The notes beneath the pieces were generated by a model, which searched no databases, had not been told where the DNA came from, and saw only the letters and a list, made by a program, of their open reading frames with translations. From positions 1 to 24,958 of IMG/VR virus record IMGVR_UViG_3300020438_000259: a stretch of DNA of 24,958 nt. The stretch is one strand, 5' to 3'. The translations under genes and the position numbers were made by a program. Positions within the stretch are counted from its first letter, which is position 1. Every line of letters starts with the position of its first letter. This DNA comes from a virus (lineage: Duplodnaviria; Caudoviricetes). Below are positions 10,439 through 18,667 of this stretch, one piece after another.

Positions 10439-11664
10439 CAGTACCGCCCTCTCATGGTGGTGCCGCCGATGTTGCGGGCCATCTCTTGCTGAATCATGTT
10501 GCCAATCTCACGGGCGAGTGTACGCTTGTCCGTGCGGTCAGTGATGCCACCAGCGTTGACGGTGATGTTGAAGGTGCCCCCACCCATGCCTGCGCCTTGT
10601 GGATTGTTGCGTTGCGTAAGAGGTACGACAGCCTCCGGCCCGTCTTCACCAATCATGGCAAGCGTAGGCTTATTGACGATACCACCTTTAGCCAAATGCG
10701 GTATGTCTTTTATTCCTGTGAGTGATTGCAGACTTATCCCTGTGTACGGTATTTCAGCACCCATCATTTTGTTTAAATTATCAATAATAAGAGAATTGAT
10801 TCCCTCTCGTATTGGTTCTATGAAGAAATTAGCGGCTTTACCCATAGCGTCACTGATACCAGTAAATGCGTTTTCAATGTTTTCCATGGAAAAGAAGTTG
10901 CTAAGGGAGTCGGGAATGATGTCGCTCCAACTCCAATCGGGTAGTAAATCAGTCCATGCGTCAAAATCAAACACGCTTGACAAGTCCCAATCAAAGACTC
11001 CACCTTCACCAAACCAGTAAGAGTAAGTGAGTTCATCGGGAAGTGAAAAGTCAAACAAGCCACTCCAATTGATGTCCCAATCAAACACACCTCCCTCACC
11101 AAAATAATGGTCGTAGGTCAACTCGTCAGGCAGTGAGAAATCAAACAGGCCATCGTAATCTATGTCCCAATCAAAAACACCATCCTCACCGAAGTAGTGG
11201 TCATAGGTTAGTTCGTCCGGCAGTGAAAAGTCAAACAACGCATCGTAGTCAATGTCCCAATCAAAGACACCACCTTCTCCAAAGTAATGGTCAAAAGTCA
11301 ACTCTTCGGGTAGTTCAAAGTCAAACCAACCTTCCCAGTCCAAATCCCAATCAAAGACTCCACCCTCTCCAAAGTAGTAATCCCATGTGAGGGCTTCGGG
11401 CATGTCGGGTAATGAGTCCCATAACGCTCCGAGTTTTTCATCTACGAGTGCTTTGATACTTTCCCATGTTTCTTCGGCTTTTGTTTTGAGTGATTCCCAC
11501 GACAGGCCGCTTATTTTTTCCTTGATTGGTGTTATCACATTGTCCTTGAACCATTTAATGACGCTTTTGAAAGCCTCAATCGCCATTGTACCAGCGACTT
11601 TGAACCCCGGCCCGATTTGCGAAACCATGCTGGACATGGAAGAAATCATTGAAATTAACGACAT
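10438..11664 (-). CDS. Short tape-measure-like protein with 30-aa tandem repeats, 408 aa
   Basis: Follows the tail chaperones. Amphipathic helical segments with periodic W/F. C-terminal IPHLAKGGIVNKPTLAMIGEDGPEAVVPL is typical of tape measure C-termini. SD-like GGAGTGA upstream. Confidence 0.75.
   Translation of the reverse strand: MSLISMISSMSSMVSQIGPGFKVAGTMAIEAFKSVIKWFKDNVITPIKEKISGLSWESLKTKAEETWESIKALVDEKLGALWDSLPDMPEALTWDYYFGEGGVFDWDLDWEGWFDFELPEELTFDHYFGEGGVFDWDIDYDALFDFSLPDELTYDHYFGEDGVFDWDIDYDGLFDFSLPDELTYDHYFGEGGVFDWDINWSGLFDFSLPDELTYSYWFGEGGVFDWDLSSVFDFDAWTDLLPDWSWSDIIPDSLSNFFSMENIENAFTGISDAMGKAANFFIEPIREGINSLIIDNLNKMMGAEIPYTGISLQSLTGIKDIPHLAKGGIVNKPTLAMIGEDGPEAVVPLTQRNNPQGAGMGGGTFNITVNAGGITDRTDKRTLAREIGNMIQQEMARNIGGTTMRGRY
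10982..11400 (-). repeat. Five-copy 90-bp (30-aa) coding tandem repeat
   Basis: tcccaatcaaa recurs at 10985, 11075, 11165, 11255 and 11345. Peptide consensus PDELTYDHYFGEGGVFDWDIDYDGLFDFSL. Confidence 0.95.
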
Positions 11665-11668
11665 ATCT

Positions 11669-11944
11669 TCACTCCCAATCTAAAAACGAATAATCCAGTC
11701 CGACTACTTCCCTATCTCCGGCCTTGGCCTGTTGTTTCTTACGCTCAATCTCCTTATTGTTCTCTTCGGTTGAAACCATAGCCCAAACAAGCGATTGCTT
11801 GAACAAGTGAGGGGGCATTGAATACACTTCCATTAAAGAAATTCCAAAGTGTTTTGCGATAATGTAAGCCCACAATTCTATTTGTGTGCTAAAATCTTCT
11901 ATCGCATCATACTTGTCTTTCTTGAGGAATGCTTCAACCCTCAC
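11669..11944 (-). CDS. Putative tail assembly chaperone, downstream (lambda gpT-like) part
   Basis: Between the upstream chaperone and tape measure, in the -1 frame relative to the upstream gene. IIAKHFGISLMEVYSMPPHLF resembles gpT-like segments. GTG start overlaps the upstream TGA and has no well-spaced SD. Confidence 0.6.
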   Translation of the reverse strand: MRVEAFLKKDKYDAIEDFSTQIELWAYIIAKHFGISLMEVYSMPPHLFKQSLVWAMVSTEENNKEIERKKQQAKAGDREVVGLDYSFLDWE

Positions 11945-12312
11945 TCGGTCGGGTTGGTAAACCCCCCTTGCAATGCCTCCGCCAACTCTTGTGGTTGTGG
12001 TAGCACCTTGCAGACCTGTTCTCCGACATGTCCTTTGAGGGAAAGTAATTCATCAGTGGTTAAACTGGGGTTTGTTTTGGTAATCCAATGTGAGAAAGCA
12101 TGTTCCCAGTAGCCAGCCAAATCAAGAGTTACATCGCCTTTTTCCACACGAAGCATTTTTTGTGCGGCGGCTTGAATGTCAAGGAAGGATATGTCTCGTA
12201 CCCATACCTCAATGACCTGTGATTCATCGTCGGGGTCAATCCCAATCACATGCTTGGTCGTATCGTCATTCTTCAATAACAGGCTCTTGTTTGTCACTAC
12301 TGTCTTTTTCAT
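11941..12312 (-). CDS. Putative tail assembly chaperone (gpG-like), 123 aa
   Basis: Between tail tube and tape measure. ATG at 12312 has SD GGAGAGG and is preferred to the track start at 12327. Confidence 0.6.
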   Translation of the reverse strand: MKKTVVTNKSLLLKNDDTTKHVIGIDPDDESQVIEVWVRDISFLDIQAAAQKMLRVEKGDVTLDLAGYWEHAFSHWITKTNPSLTTDELLSLKGHVGEQVCKVLPQPQELAEALQGGFTNPTE

Positions 12313-12760
12313 TTGTTTCCTCTCCATTGGATGCGGCTACCTCATCGGTAGGGGCTTCCGAATCACCTTCAAGGGCCGCTTCTTCAGCAGGGCTTTCGGG
12401 GTCTTCTTCGGGAATAACGCCTCCGTCATTCTGCTTAAGGCGCAGGATGATTTCAGCCTTGGTGCCGTACACAGGTAGGCCACGCTCTTTGCAAAGCGCA
12501 CGCAGTTCTGCGACGGTCAATGAATCGTATTCTTGGATGTCAGCCGGGAAAGGATTCACGACATCCTCTTCCACCAGTGGTGCTGGTTCGTTAGCAGGAG
12601 CAGGCACGGGGGTCATCTTGCCTTCTACACAGGCATGAATCTCGTGGTTGTCCAACAGCGACACCATTTCATCGTCAAACTCCACACCGTTAGCCTCGCA
12701 CACCCAACGGGCATATCCGAGTGCTCCAAGACGGCGGTATTGATTAAGTGAAGTTTTCAT
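12266..12760 (-). CDS. SAP-domain protein with acidic disordered tail, 164 aa
   Basis: YDSLTVAELRALCKERGLPVYGTKAEIILRL matches the SAP motif pattern LxVxELKxxLxxRGLxxxGxKxxLIxRL. SD GAGGA upstream. Confidence 0.8.
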   Translation of the reverse strand: MKTSLNQYRRLGALGYARWVCEANGVEFDDEMVSLLDNHEIHACVEGKMTPVPAPANEPAPLVEEDVVNPFPADIQEYDSLTVAELRALCKERGLPVYGTKAEIILRLKQNDGGVIPEEDPESPAEEAALEGDSEAPTDEVAASNGEETNEKDSSDKQEPVIEE

Positions 12761-12769
12761 GTTGAATCC

Positions 12770-14641
12770 TCAGTATTTGATGATGGTATCTCGTGCGATA
12801 ACCTTGATGGTCTTTGGCATGATTTTGAGTGTGGACTTCACCATACCCTTGTCTTCGGGGATTTGCAGTGGTGCCTCAATGATGATGTAATCGTCAATGA
12901 TGAGCATCATGCGCTCGGTGTGGCCGCTACCACTGGTCGTCGTTTTCTCAAAGTTGATGCGAATTTGGTTGTTGGTGTTGCCGTCTGCGTTGGTGCTAAA
13001 CTCTTCAGCCGAGCGCATTTTGTGGTAAAACAGGGGGTCGTCCACACCAATCTCCATGGTCATCTCAAAGGAGGTCTGTCCTTCAACCATGATGCTGGTG
13101 TTGCGAGAGCCACCAAAGGGCACTCGTGCGGTTGCACTCGTTTGGCTGTTTTGTCCGTTGATGGTGTGGAAAGCCTGCATCCCTGTTTGACCAGTCAGTG
13201 TAAAGTTCAAGACTTGAGCCACTTGTTGACCAGCCATGTTGATGGTACCATTGTAGAACATGTACGGCTTTTGCGTTTTCGCACCAATACCCGAAATCAA
13301 ACGCTTGGCGGCGGTGTTAGCGGTGTCATCAAACATACGGTGAGCGGCGTAATTGGACGCACCACCATTCAAACGCCCCGTGTCCGTGTAGCACAAGGCG
13401 GAGTTGAAATTGACAGCCAAACGAAGAGCGGCATCGTTGTCCGTAGTCATGGTGAAGTCAGTGACTTTGCATCCACGGAATACACGGGTCAACTCTTTGG
13501 AGTCAGTTGCACCACCGTCCGTGCCACCTTCGTTAGAATCAACATCTCTTCGTCGTTGAGATACCTCAAGGGAAAAGGATGGTTGATGGGTGTGCGTGAA
13601 AAGCAAGTGAGTTTGTGAATTGGTAATCACACCAGCATCGCTGATAGCGGGAGCGTTGGTATTTGCATCGTCATAATCTCGCAGGTACACATGCTCACCA
13701 CTTGTGTGTGGGAAAAGAAGAGGTTCGTCCAAATAGATGCGAGTTCCATCCACACCAATGATGCGGCGAGCCTCGTGTTTGTTGGCATTGTCAAATTTCG
13801 TTTCCACAAAGTTACCGCCCCATGTGGCTCCATCTGCTTCATGCGTAGTCACGATGGGTACAGCCACGGCTTCCTCAATGATGACATACTTGTTGACATT
13901 GAAACTGGTTGCGCTTGCTACGGTAATGAAGGATTGTCCAGCCTCGGTCGCCGCACTGAGCGTTGTAGGGGAAGGTGAAGAGGGTGCGCTACCGTCCTCA
14001 ACAACTTCTCCACCAAGACAGTATTTGAGCCATCGGGCACTGTGCATGGCTACCTCAAAGGAACCACCCTCGGTGATGAACTTACCCGGCACTTGCACGC
14101 TGGTGTCACGACCAAGACCAACAACATGGAATCGCTTCAAATCAACCTTGGTTTCGGGAACGGTAAGAGCGTTAGCGATACCAAGAAATTGGTCGGTAAG
14201 AACACTTTCACTGCTACCAAGGAAGGTCATGTCCGTGTTGAGTGGAGGGGTTTTGTAAGGAAGGATGTGCATGTCGGTTTTGTTGTTGATTACAATTGCA
14301 TTCGCAGTAAAGGTTTGTGGGCTAATTTTGAGGCTTGTGCCGTTGTTGTCAACAATCGTAAACACCCTGTCCAAGTCTTTGCTGTCCATGTTGGTTGAGG
14401 CTGAGTTTTGAGTGAACTTCAATTGAGAACCAACCAACATACCGGAAGGGTACTTCAATCTGTGACTCGTATCAAACAGGGTGGTGTTGGCTTGAACGGA
14501 AAAAACAATTTCGGAAAAATCATCTCCTGCTGTTTTACCGATTGTTGCCACACAATCCGTGCCACCGGGGGTGATAGTAATTCCAACTTCGGGAGCGAAG
14601 GAAACCTCCGCCAAATCGCCCTTGTACACTGTTGATGGCAT
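12770..14641 (-). CDS. Major tail tube protein with inserted domains, 623 aa
   Basis: Follows the terminator-like gene. Tube-like motifs GGSFEVAMHSARWLKYCLG, PSFSLEV, RVFRGCKVTDFTMT..LRLAVNF and VAQVLNFTLT. SD AGGTGA. Confidence 0.7.
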   Translation of the reverse strand: MPSTVYKGDLAEVSFAPEVGITITPGGTDCVATIGKTAGDDFSEIVFSVQANTTLFDTSHRLKYPSGMLVGSQLKFTQNSASTNMDSKDLDRVFTIVDNNGTSLKISPQTFTANAIVINNKTDMHILPYKTPPLNTDMTFLGSSESVLTDQFLGIANALTVPETKVDLKRFHVVGLGRDTSVQVPGKFITEGGSFEVAMHSARWLKYCLGGEVVEDGSAPSSPSPTTLSAATEAGQSFITVASATSFNVNKYVIIEEAVAVPIVTTHEADGATWGGNFVETKFDNANKHEARRIIGVDGTRIYLDEPLLFPHTSGEHVYLRDYDDANTNAPAISDAGVITNSQTHLLFTHTHQPSFSLEVSQRRRDVDSNEGGTDGGATDSKELTRVFRGCKVTDFTMTTDNDAALRLAVNFNSALCYTDTGRLNGGASNYAAHRMFDDTANTAAKRLISGIGAKTQKPYMFYNGTINMAGQQVAQVLNFTLTGQTGMQAFHTINGQNSQTSATARVPFGGSRNTSIMVEGQTSFEMTMEIGVDDPLFYHKMRSAEEFSTNADGNTNNQIRINFEKTTTSGSGHTERMMLIIDDYIIIEAPLQIPEDKGMVKSTLKIMPKTIKVIARDTIIKY

Positions 14642-14651
14642 TCTTGTTCAC

Positions 14652-15101
14652 CTATGGTATCAGTTCCGCTAAAATCACGACTTCAATTTGGAATGTCATA
14701 CGGAAAAGGAATTTGCTTCGGTCGCTTAAATCGGTGCGGGTTTTGAACACGAGTCGGTCAAAGTTTGCACCGTCGCCTTTCCTTTTGGTATGTATCACCC
14801 TCCGAATTTCGTTTTCAAGAGCCTGTAAATGCTTACGCCCCTTAACTGTACGGACATCCACCGTGATATTTATGCGTGTCGTTACAAAGTCGTAAAACAG
14901 TTCGGGTGCTTCTTCGTTGTGGGCTGTCTCGTACAGCAGGACATAATCGTGTTTGTCCAAGTCAAGACGCTTTCCTTTCTCGGCTGAGGTATCAGCGATG
15001 TCAAGCACGACAGGGCGATAGTTGCTGGTGTTTCCACGGTTCCAATCGGACTGAAAGAGGTTGATGAGAGCGTCCAGCCCTTCTGTCCATGTGGCGACCA
15101 T
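14652..15101 (-). CDS. Putative tail terminator/completion protein, 149 aa
   Basis: Size, position just before the tail tube, and an alpha/beta pattern (INITVDVRT...LENEIRRVI...FRMTFQIEVV) typical of gpU/gp17-like terminators. TGATG overlap, SD GGAGG. Confidence 0.6.
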   Translation of the reverse strand: MVATWTEGLDALINLFQSDWNRGNTSNYRPVVLDIADTSAEKGKRLDLDKHDYVLLYETAHNEEAPELFYDFVTTRINITVDVRTVKGRKHLQALENEIRRVIHTKRKGDGANFDRLVFKTRTDLSDRSKFLFRMTFQIEVVILAELIP

Positions 15102-15469
15102 CACAGCCCCTCCTTCTCAATGATTTTCTTGAAGTCAATAGGGATAAAGAAACCGTTGTCGTGGCGCATGTTGTACCGCTCAAGGTCGGGGTTTTGACGC
15201 ATCATGGCCTTGTCCGTAGCGTCTTGAATGAGTTTGTTCTCTACCTCACTGGCTGGCTCGCCAGTCTTGTTGTTGATAGCCACACTGTCCTGCATGGTGA
15301 AGCCCTTAGCACCAGCCTCAATGCGTTCCATTTGCTCACGAAAAGCGGCAGGCTGTGTCGTAAATTGCTCACGAAATTGCGCCTGCATGTTCTTGTCTTT
15401 CTTGAAAACCTCTTCAATCAAACGCTGATGAATGTTTTCACCCTCACGCATGAAGTCACGCTGGTTCAC
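15101..15469 (-). CDS. Hypothetical helical neck-region protein, 122 aa
   Basis: Fills the gap between adaptor and terminator with overlaps at both ends. Charged and helical, no recognised motif. Confidence 0.7.
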   Translation of the reverse strand: MNQRDFMREGENIHQRLIEEVFKKDKNMQAQFREQFTTQPAAFREQMERIEAGAKGFTMQDSVAINNKTGEPASEVENKLIQDATDKAMMRQNPDLERYNMRHDNGFFIPIDFKKIIEKEGL

Positions 15470-17046
15470 TCAAACACCACCATTTCAATGTACTTTGGTA
15501 GTGTTCGTTCAATTTCGGCTTGGTACAGTTGCACCTTGCTGGCGAGGTCAATGTTCTGTGTGCCTTCGGGAATCAACACGCTACGGTCGTCAGCCATCAG
15601 CAATTCAATGGCCACCATCTTCGTACAGATGTCCTCAATGGCTTTCTCAACATATCGCTCACCGTAGATGTAGGCCACCTTGATGGCGTTCCATTCAAAG
15701 AACGGGTAGGAGTTGTTGAAGTACACAATACCCATTTCATGGTCAATCCACCAGTCTCGCAGACGGCCTACATCACCGCTACCACTACCGCCCTGCAAGT
15801 CCACAAGGAAGGACTTCTGTGTAATCGTACCAGTGATTGCACCCAAACTACCAGTGACAGCCACGCATCCTGTAAAGGAGGTAGCCGTCTTACCTGTGTA
15901 TCGGAACACATCACCGCTGGCATCAATGGCAACACCAGCATCCACAAACCCTGTGGTGGACGCTACATTGATAGTCGTACTGTCAAGACTTGTGAATGTC
16001 GTGCTGTTGTTTTGCACTTGGTCAAGTTCAATGTCGCTTGAGGTGGTGACAATGCTACACACCTCACCAGCCTTAACAGGGCGCATGGAAGTGACCTTCA
16101 CTGCACCTGTACCGTAATCGCTGTTGGCTGATGCCAAGAACTCGTTATGGATAGCAACATTGGACGACGAACCTTCCAAAGTAAATGCTGGTGAAAATTC
16201 TACAGCCGCCTTGTCCACCCTGTCCTCTTTGTTGATGAGGTCAGCGAAGTTTTGGGCGACGGTGGTGGCATCAAAATCATCACGCCACTGGCCCGTGCCT
16301 GTGCCTTGTGCAAGCGTAGCCACGCTACCATTGCCGGGTGATAGGTAGATGGCCGCTGATGAAAGGCTTGATACATCGTTGAACTTGATACGAACCTCAG
16401 CCCCGCAAATCTCACGGTAGTCGTCGCCTTGCCACAATTCAATGCGGAGCATTTGTTGTATATTTCGGAACAAAAGAGGGCTTGTACCAACATAATCCGT
16501 ATAATAACGGCGGCGATATGGCTTGTAAGTGTCAAAGTTGATGTATTCAGCCGACACCAAATACGGTCGCCATGCGTTGCGTGTCATGTTGTCAATGCGG
16601 TCTTGCATTTTGAGAATAACATGCTCCACTTTTGCCTTGGTCATGCCACGAACACGCCCGTTGGTGAACGAGGCTTTGTTCTGTACATACCCGTTGTCAG
16701 CCACTTGATAGTCCGATGCTGTTAGCGTTGCTCCGCTAAAAGTAATTTTGACATGCCCCGATTTGCCACCAGTACCTTTACCGATGGCAGTGATGGTCAA
16801 CTCCTCTTCACCCAGTGGGTCAGCATCGCTGTACACACGAATTTTGTCGCCTACGCTAAAGCCTACTTGACGATACTCGTTGCCTGTGATGTACACTGCG
16901 TCCGTGTCAGCATCAGCACTCATGAGAATGGCTTCTTGTGGGCCAATGTCCAGTAGGTCAGCGACTTGTTGAGCGGTGCAATATGCAACAGCAGATGGGT
17001 CAAGAGGCCGGGTTTCCGGCTCACCGGGACTGAACACTACTGGCAT
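15466..17046 (-). CDS. Head-tail adaptor/connector protein with large insertions, 526 aa
   Basis: YCTAQQVADLL, VEHVILKMQDRIDNMTRNAW and IKVAYIYG...KAIEDICTKMVAIELL are hallmarks of gp6/gp15-like adaptors, here interrupted by beta-rich insertions. Confidence 0.7.
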   Translation of the reverse strand: MPVVFSPGEPETRPLDPSAVAYCTAQQVADLLDIGPQEAILMSADADTDAVYITGNEYRQVGFSVGDKIRVYSDADPLGEEELTITAIGKGTGGKSGHVKITFSGATLTASDYQVADNGYVQNKASFTNGRVRGMTKAKVEHVILKMQDRIDNMTRNAWRPYLVSAEYINFDTYKPYRRRYYTDYVGTSPLLFRNIQQMLRIELWQGDDYREICGAEVRIKFNDVSSLSSAAIYLSPGNGSVATLAQGTGTGQWRDDFDATTVAQNFADLINKEDRVDKAAVEFSPAFTLEGSSSNVAIHNEFLASANSDYGTGAVKVTSMRPVKAGEVCSIVTTSSDIELDQVQNNSTTFTSLDSTTINVASTTGFVDAGVAIDASGDVFRYTGKTATSFTGCVAVTGSLGAITGTITQKSFLVDLQGGSGSGDVGRLRDWWIDHEMGIVYFNNSYPFFEWNAIKVAYIYGERYVEKAIEDICTKMVAIELLMADDRSVLIPEGTQNIDLASKVQLYQAEIERTLPKYIEMVVFE

Positions 17047-17059
17047 ACATCAAACCCCC

Positions 17060-17794
17060 TCACGAATACATGTCCTTTGAATAGTCGGGGTTATTACGAG
17101 CATGTTCTGTCATTTCTTCAAGAGAATTAAAATTACCAGTTGGGAACATTTCTGCCGGGAAACGAAGTCTTGGTGGTTGGCCTTCGCTTTGTATCTTCAT
17201 TACTGCTGGACAATTTGCATTCATACAAACCATTTCCCCTCCACCGGGGTGAACTTCTTCCAACTTTCCTTGACAAACTTTACACTGTGGCATTTCTTTC
17301 AACACGCTCCAAGCATCACGAATAGCAACATCACGAGAAGTCATGATGCGGCGGAGGTGTTCAGCCTCAGCATCGGGGTCAAACTCCTCTTCCTCCTCTT
17401 CTTGCGGAAGCGTTTGGCGAAGTTTGCCCTGCTCATCAAAAATGTCGGGCGTTTCGGGTTTTTCCGGGGCAAACTCTTGGTCAACAGCCGCTCGCTCGCC
17501 CTCAACATCGGGTTCGCTCAGCGACTCTTCCAAGGTTTGACCCTCAAAGGGCATACGCTCGCCCATGAACTTGAGGCCATGTTCATCGGGATTGGCTACA
17601 GCCTCACGCATGAGAGCGTCACGAGCCTGTTGGAATTGTTCGGTTGAATAATGTGGCCTTAAGCCACTCACATTACTACTACGAAGGGTAGCACCTGCTT
17701 TTTTGTTTGCCCATTGTTGTAGGCGCATCTCTTGTCCGTCTTCTGTCAACACCTTTTGTCGGTGCGGTCGCATTGCTTTGATAAGTACCTTCAT
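17060..17794 (-). CDS. Hypothetical acidic protein with C-terminal Zn-ribbon (possible internal head protein)
   Basis: CKVC-x15-CMNANC motif and acidic tract QEEEEEEFD. ATG at 17794 has GAGGT upstream; the track start is GTG at 17800. Confidence 0.7.
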   Translation of the reverse strand: MKVLIKAMRPHRQKVLTEDGQEMRLQQWANKKAGATLRSSNVSGLRPHYSTEQFQQARDALMREAVANPDEHGLKFMGERMPFEGQTLEESLSEPDVEGERAAVDQEFAPEKPETPDIFDEQGKLRQTLPQEEEEEEFDPDAEAEHLRRIMTSRDVAIRDAWSVLKEMPQCKVCQGKLEEVHPGGGEMVCMNANCPAVMKIQSEGQPPRLRFPAEMFPTGNFNSLEEMTEHARNNPDYSKDMYS

Positions 17795-17796
17795 AT

Positions 17797-18096
17797 TCAC
17801 AACCTCTTCTTTTCATCACGGTGTCCTAAGTTGTAGTCCATTGGTTTGTCGCAAGCCCCACAGGTGGCTCTCCACAAAAAGTGAAGGAACCCGCAGTGCT
17901 TACAGCGTGTACCCGAACCAATGTTAAGGATGTCTCCTATTTCTTGATTACGGTTTCGTTGAGACTGTGTCACTCCCTCAAGAGGATGCTGTGGTTTGGC
18001 TACCACTTCACTACCGTACTGATAATCAGCCTTGCGACCTTGCTTACCAGCACGGGTAATGTCGCTCAAGTCTATGTTTCGGACATCAAACCCCAT
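17797..18096 (-). CDS. Small Zn-ribbon protein, 99 aa
   Basis: CKHC-x10-CGAC motif. SD GAGGGG. Confidence 0.75.
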   Translation of the reverse strand: MGFDVRNIDLSDITRAGKQGRKADYQYGSEVVAKPQHPLEGVTQSQRNRNQEIGDILNIGSGTRCKHCGFLHFLWRATCGACDKPMDYNLGHRDEKKRL

Positions 18097-18111
18097 GCTA
18101 ACCCCTCAACA

Positions 18112-18315
18112 TCATGCGAGTTGATAGGTCACCATAACGAAATAGTTGCCCAACACAGGAAACACCTCAGTGTCAACCACTGAACTGGTGCTACTTGAGT
18201 CTGCTATTGCTTGGATGTCCGTTTGGATTGCCGTTTGAAGCGTACCAAGGTCACTGAACTCCTTTGGGGAGAACGGGCCAAAGACTTTTACGCCAATCTT
18301 GGTCAATGCCGCCAC
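18112..18315 (-). CDS. Small hypothetical virion-module protein, 67 aa
   Basis: GTG start with strong SD GAGGTGA. Fits the gap in the operon. Confidence 0.7.
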   Translation of the reverse strand: MAALTKIGVKVFGPFSPKEFSDLGTLQTAIQTDIQAIADSSSTSSVVDTEVFPVLGNYFVMVTYQLA

Positions 18316-18326
18316 GAGGAATCACC

Positions 18327-18656
18327 TCAAGCACGACGACCAATTGCAATGAAACTTCCACCAGCGGCAGGTACAGCGGGAGTGTGTGCCCCACCCGGCT
18401 TGTTGATGGTGACGGTTGTTGTACCAGCCGCCACGGTAGCAAACTCTCGGAAAAGCGTGGCTTCTGCATCACTACCGTCTGCCGCTGTGCCAACTTCTAC
18501 ATTGATAGGACTACCAGCGATTGGTGTGAGAACTGCCATGTCAATTTCCGAAAGGAAACTGCTTAGGTCAATGCTCGCATCTGCGGCTTCGTATGTTCCA
18601 GTGACTACCATGCGGTCGCCAAAGACTGATGTTCGTGGGTCAATTGTTATTGCCAT
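18327..18656 (-). CDS. Small beta-rich putative head decoration/structural protein, 109 aa
   Basis: SD GAGGTGA. Ala/Thr/Gly-rich beta pattern, downstream of the MCP. Function inferred. Confidence 0.6.
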   Translation of the reverse strand: MAITIDPRTSVFGDRMVVTGTYEAADASIDLSSFLSEIDMAVLTPIAGSPINVEVGTAADGSDAEATLFREFATVAAGTTTVTINKPGGAHTPAVPAAGGSFIAIGRRA

Positions 18657-18667
18657 ATTTTTTCACC

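Noticed and set aside
10982-11400. Regularly spaced repeats as a CRISPR array
   Set aside because: The period is exactly 90 bp, the intervening sequences are homologous to each other, variation is largely synonymous, and there are no cas genes.
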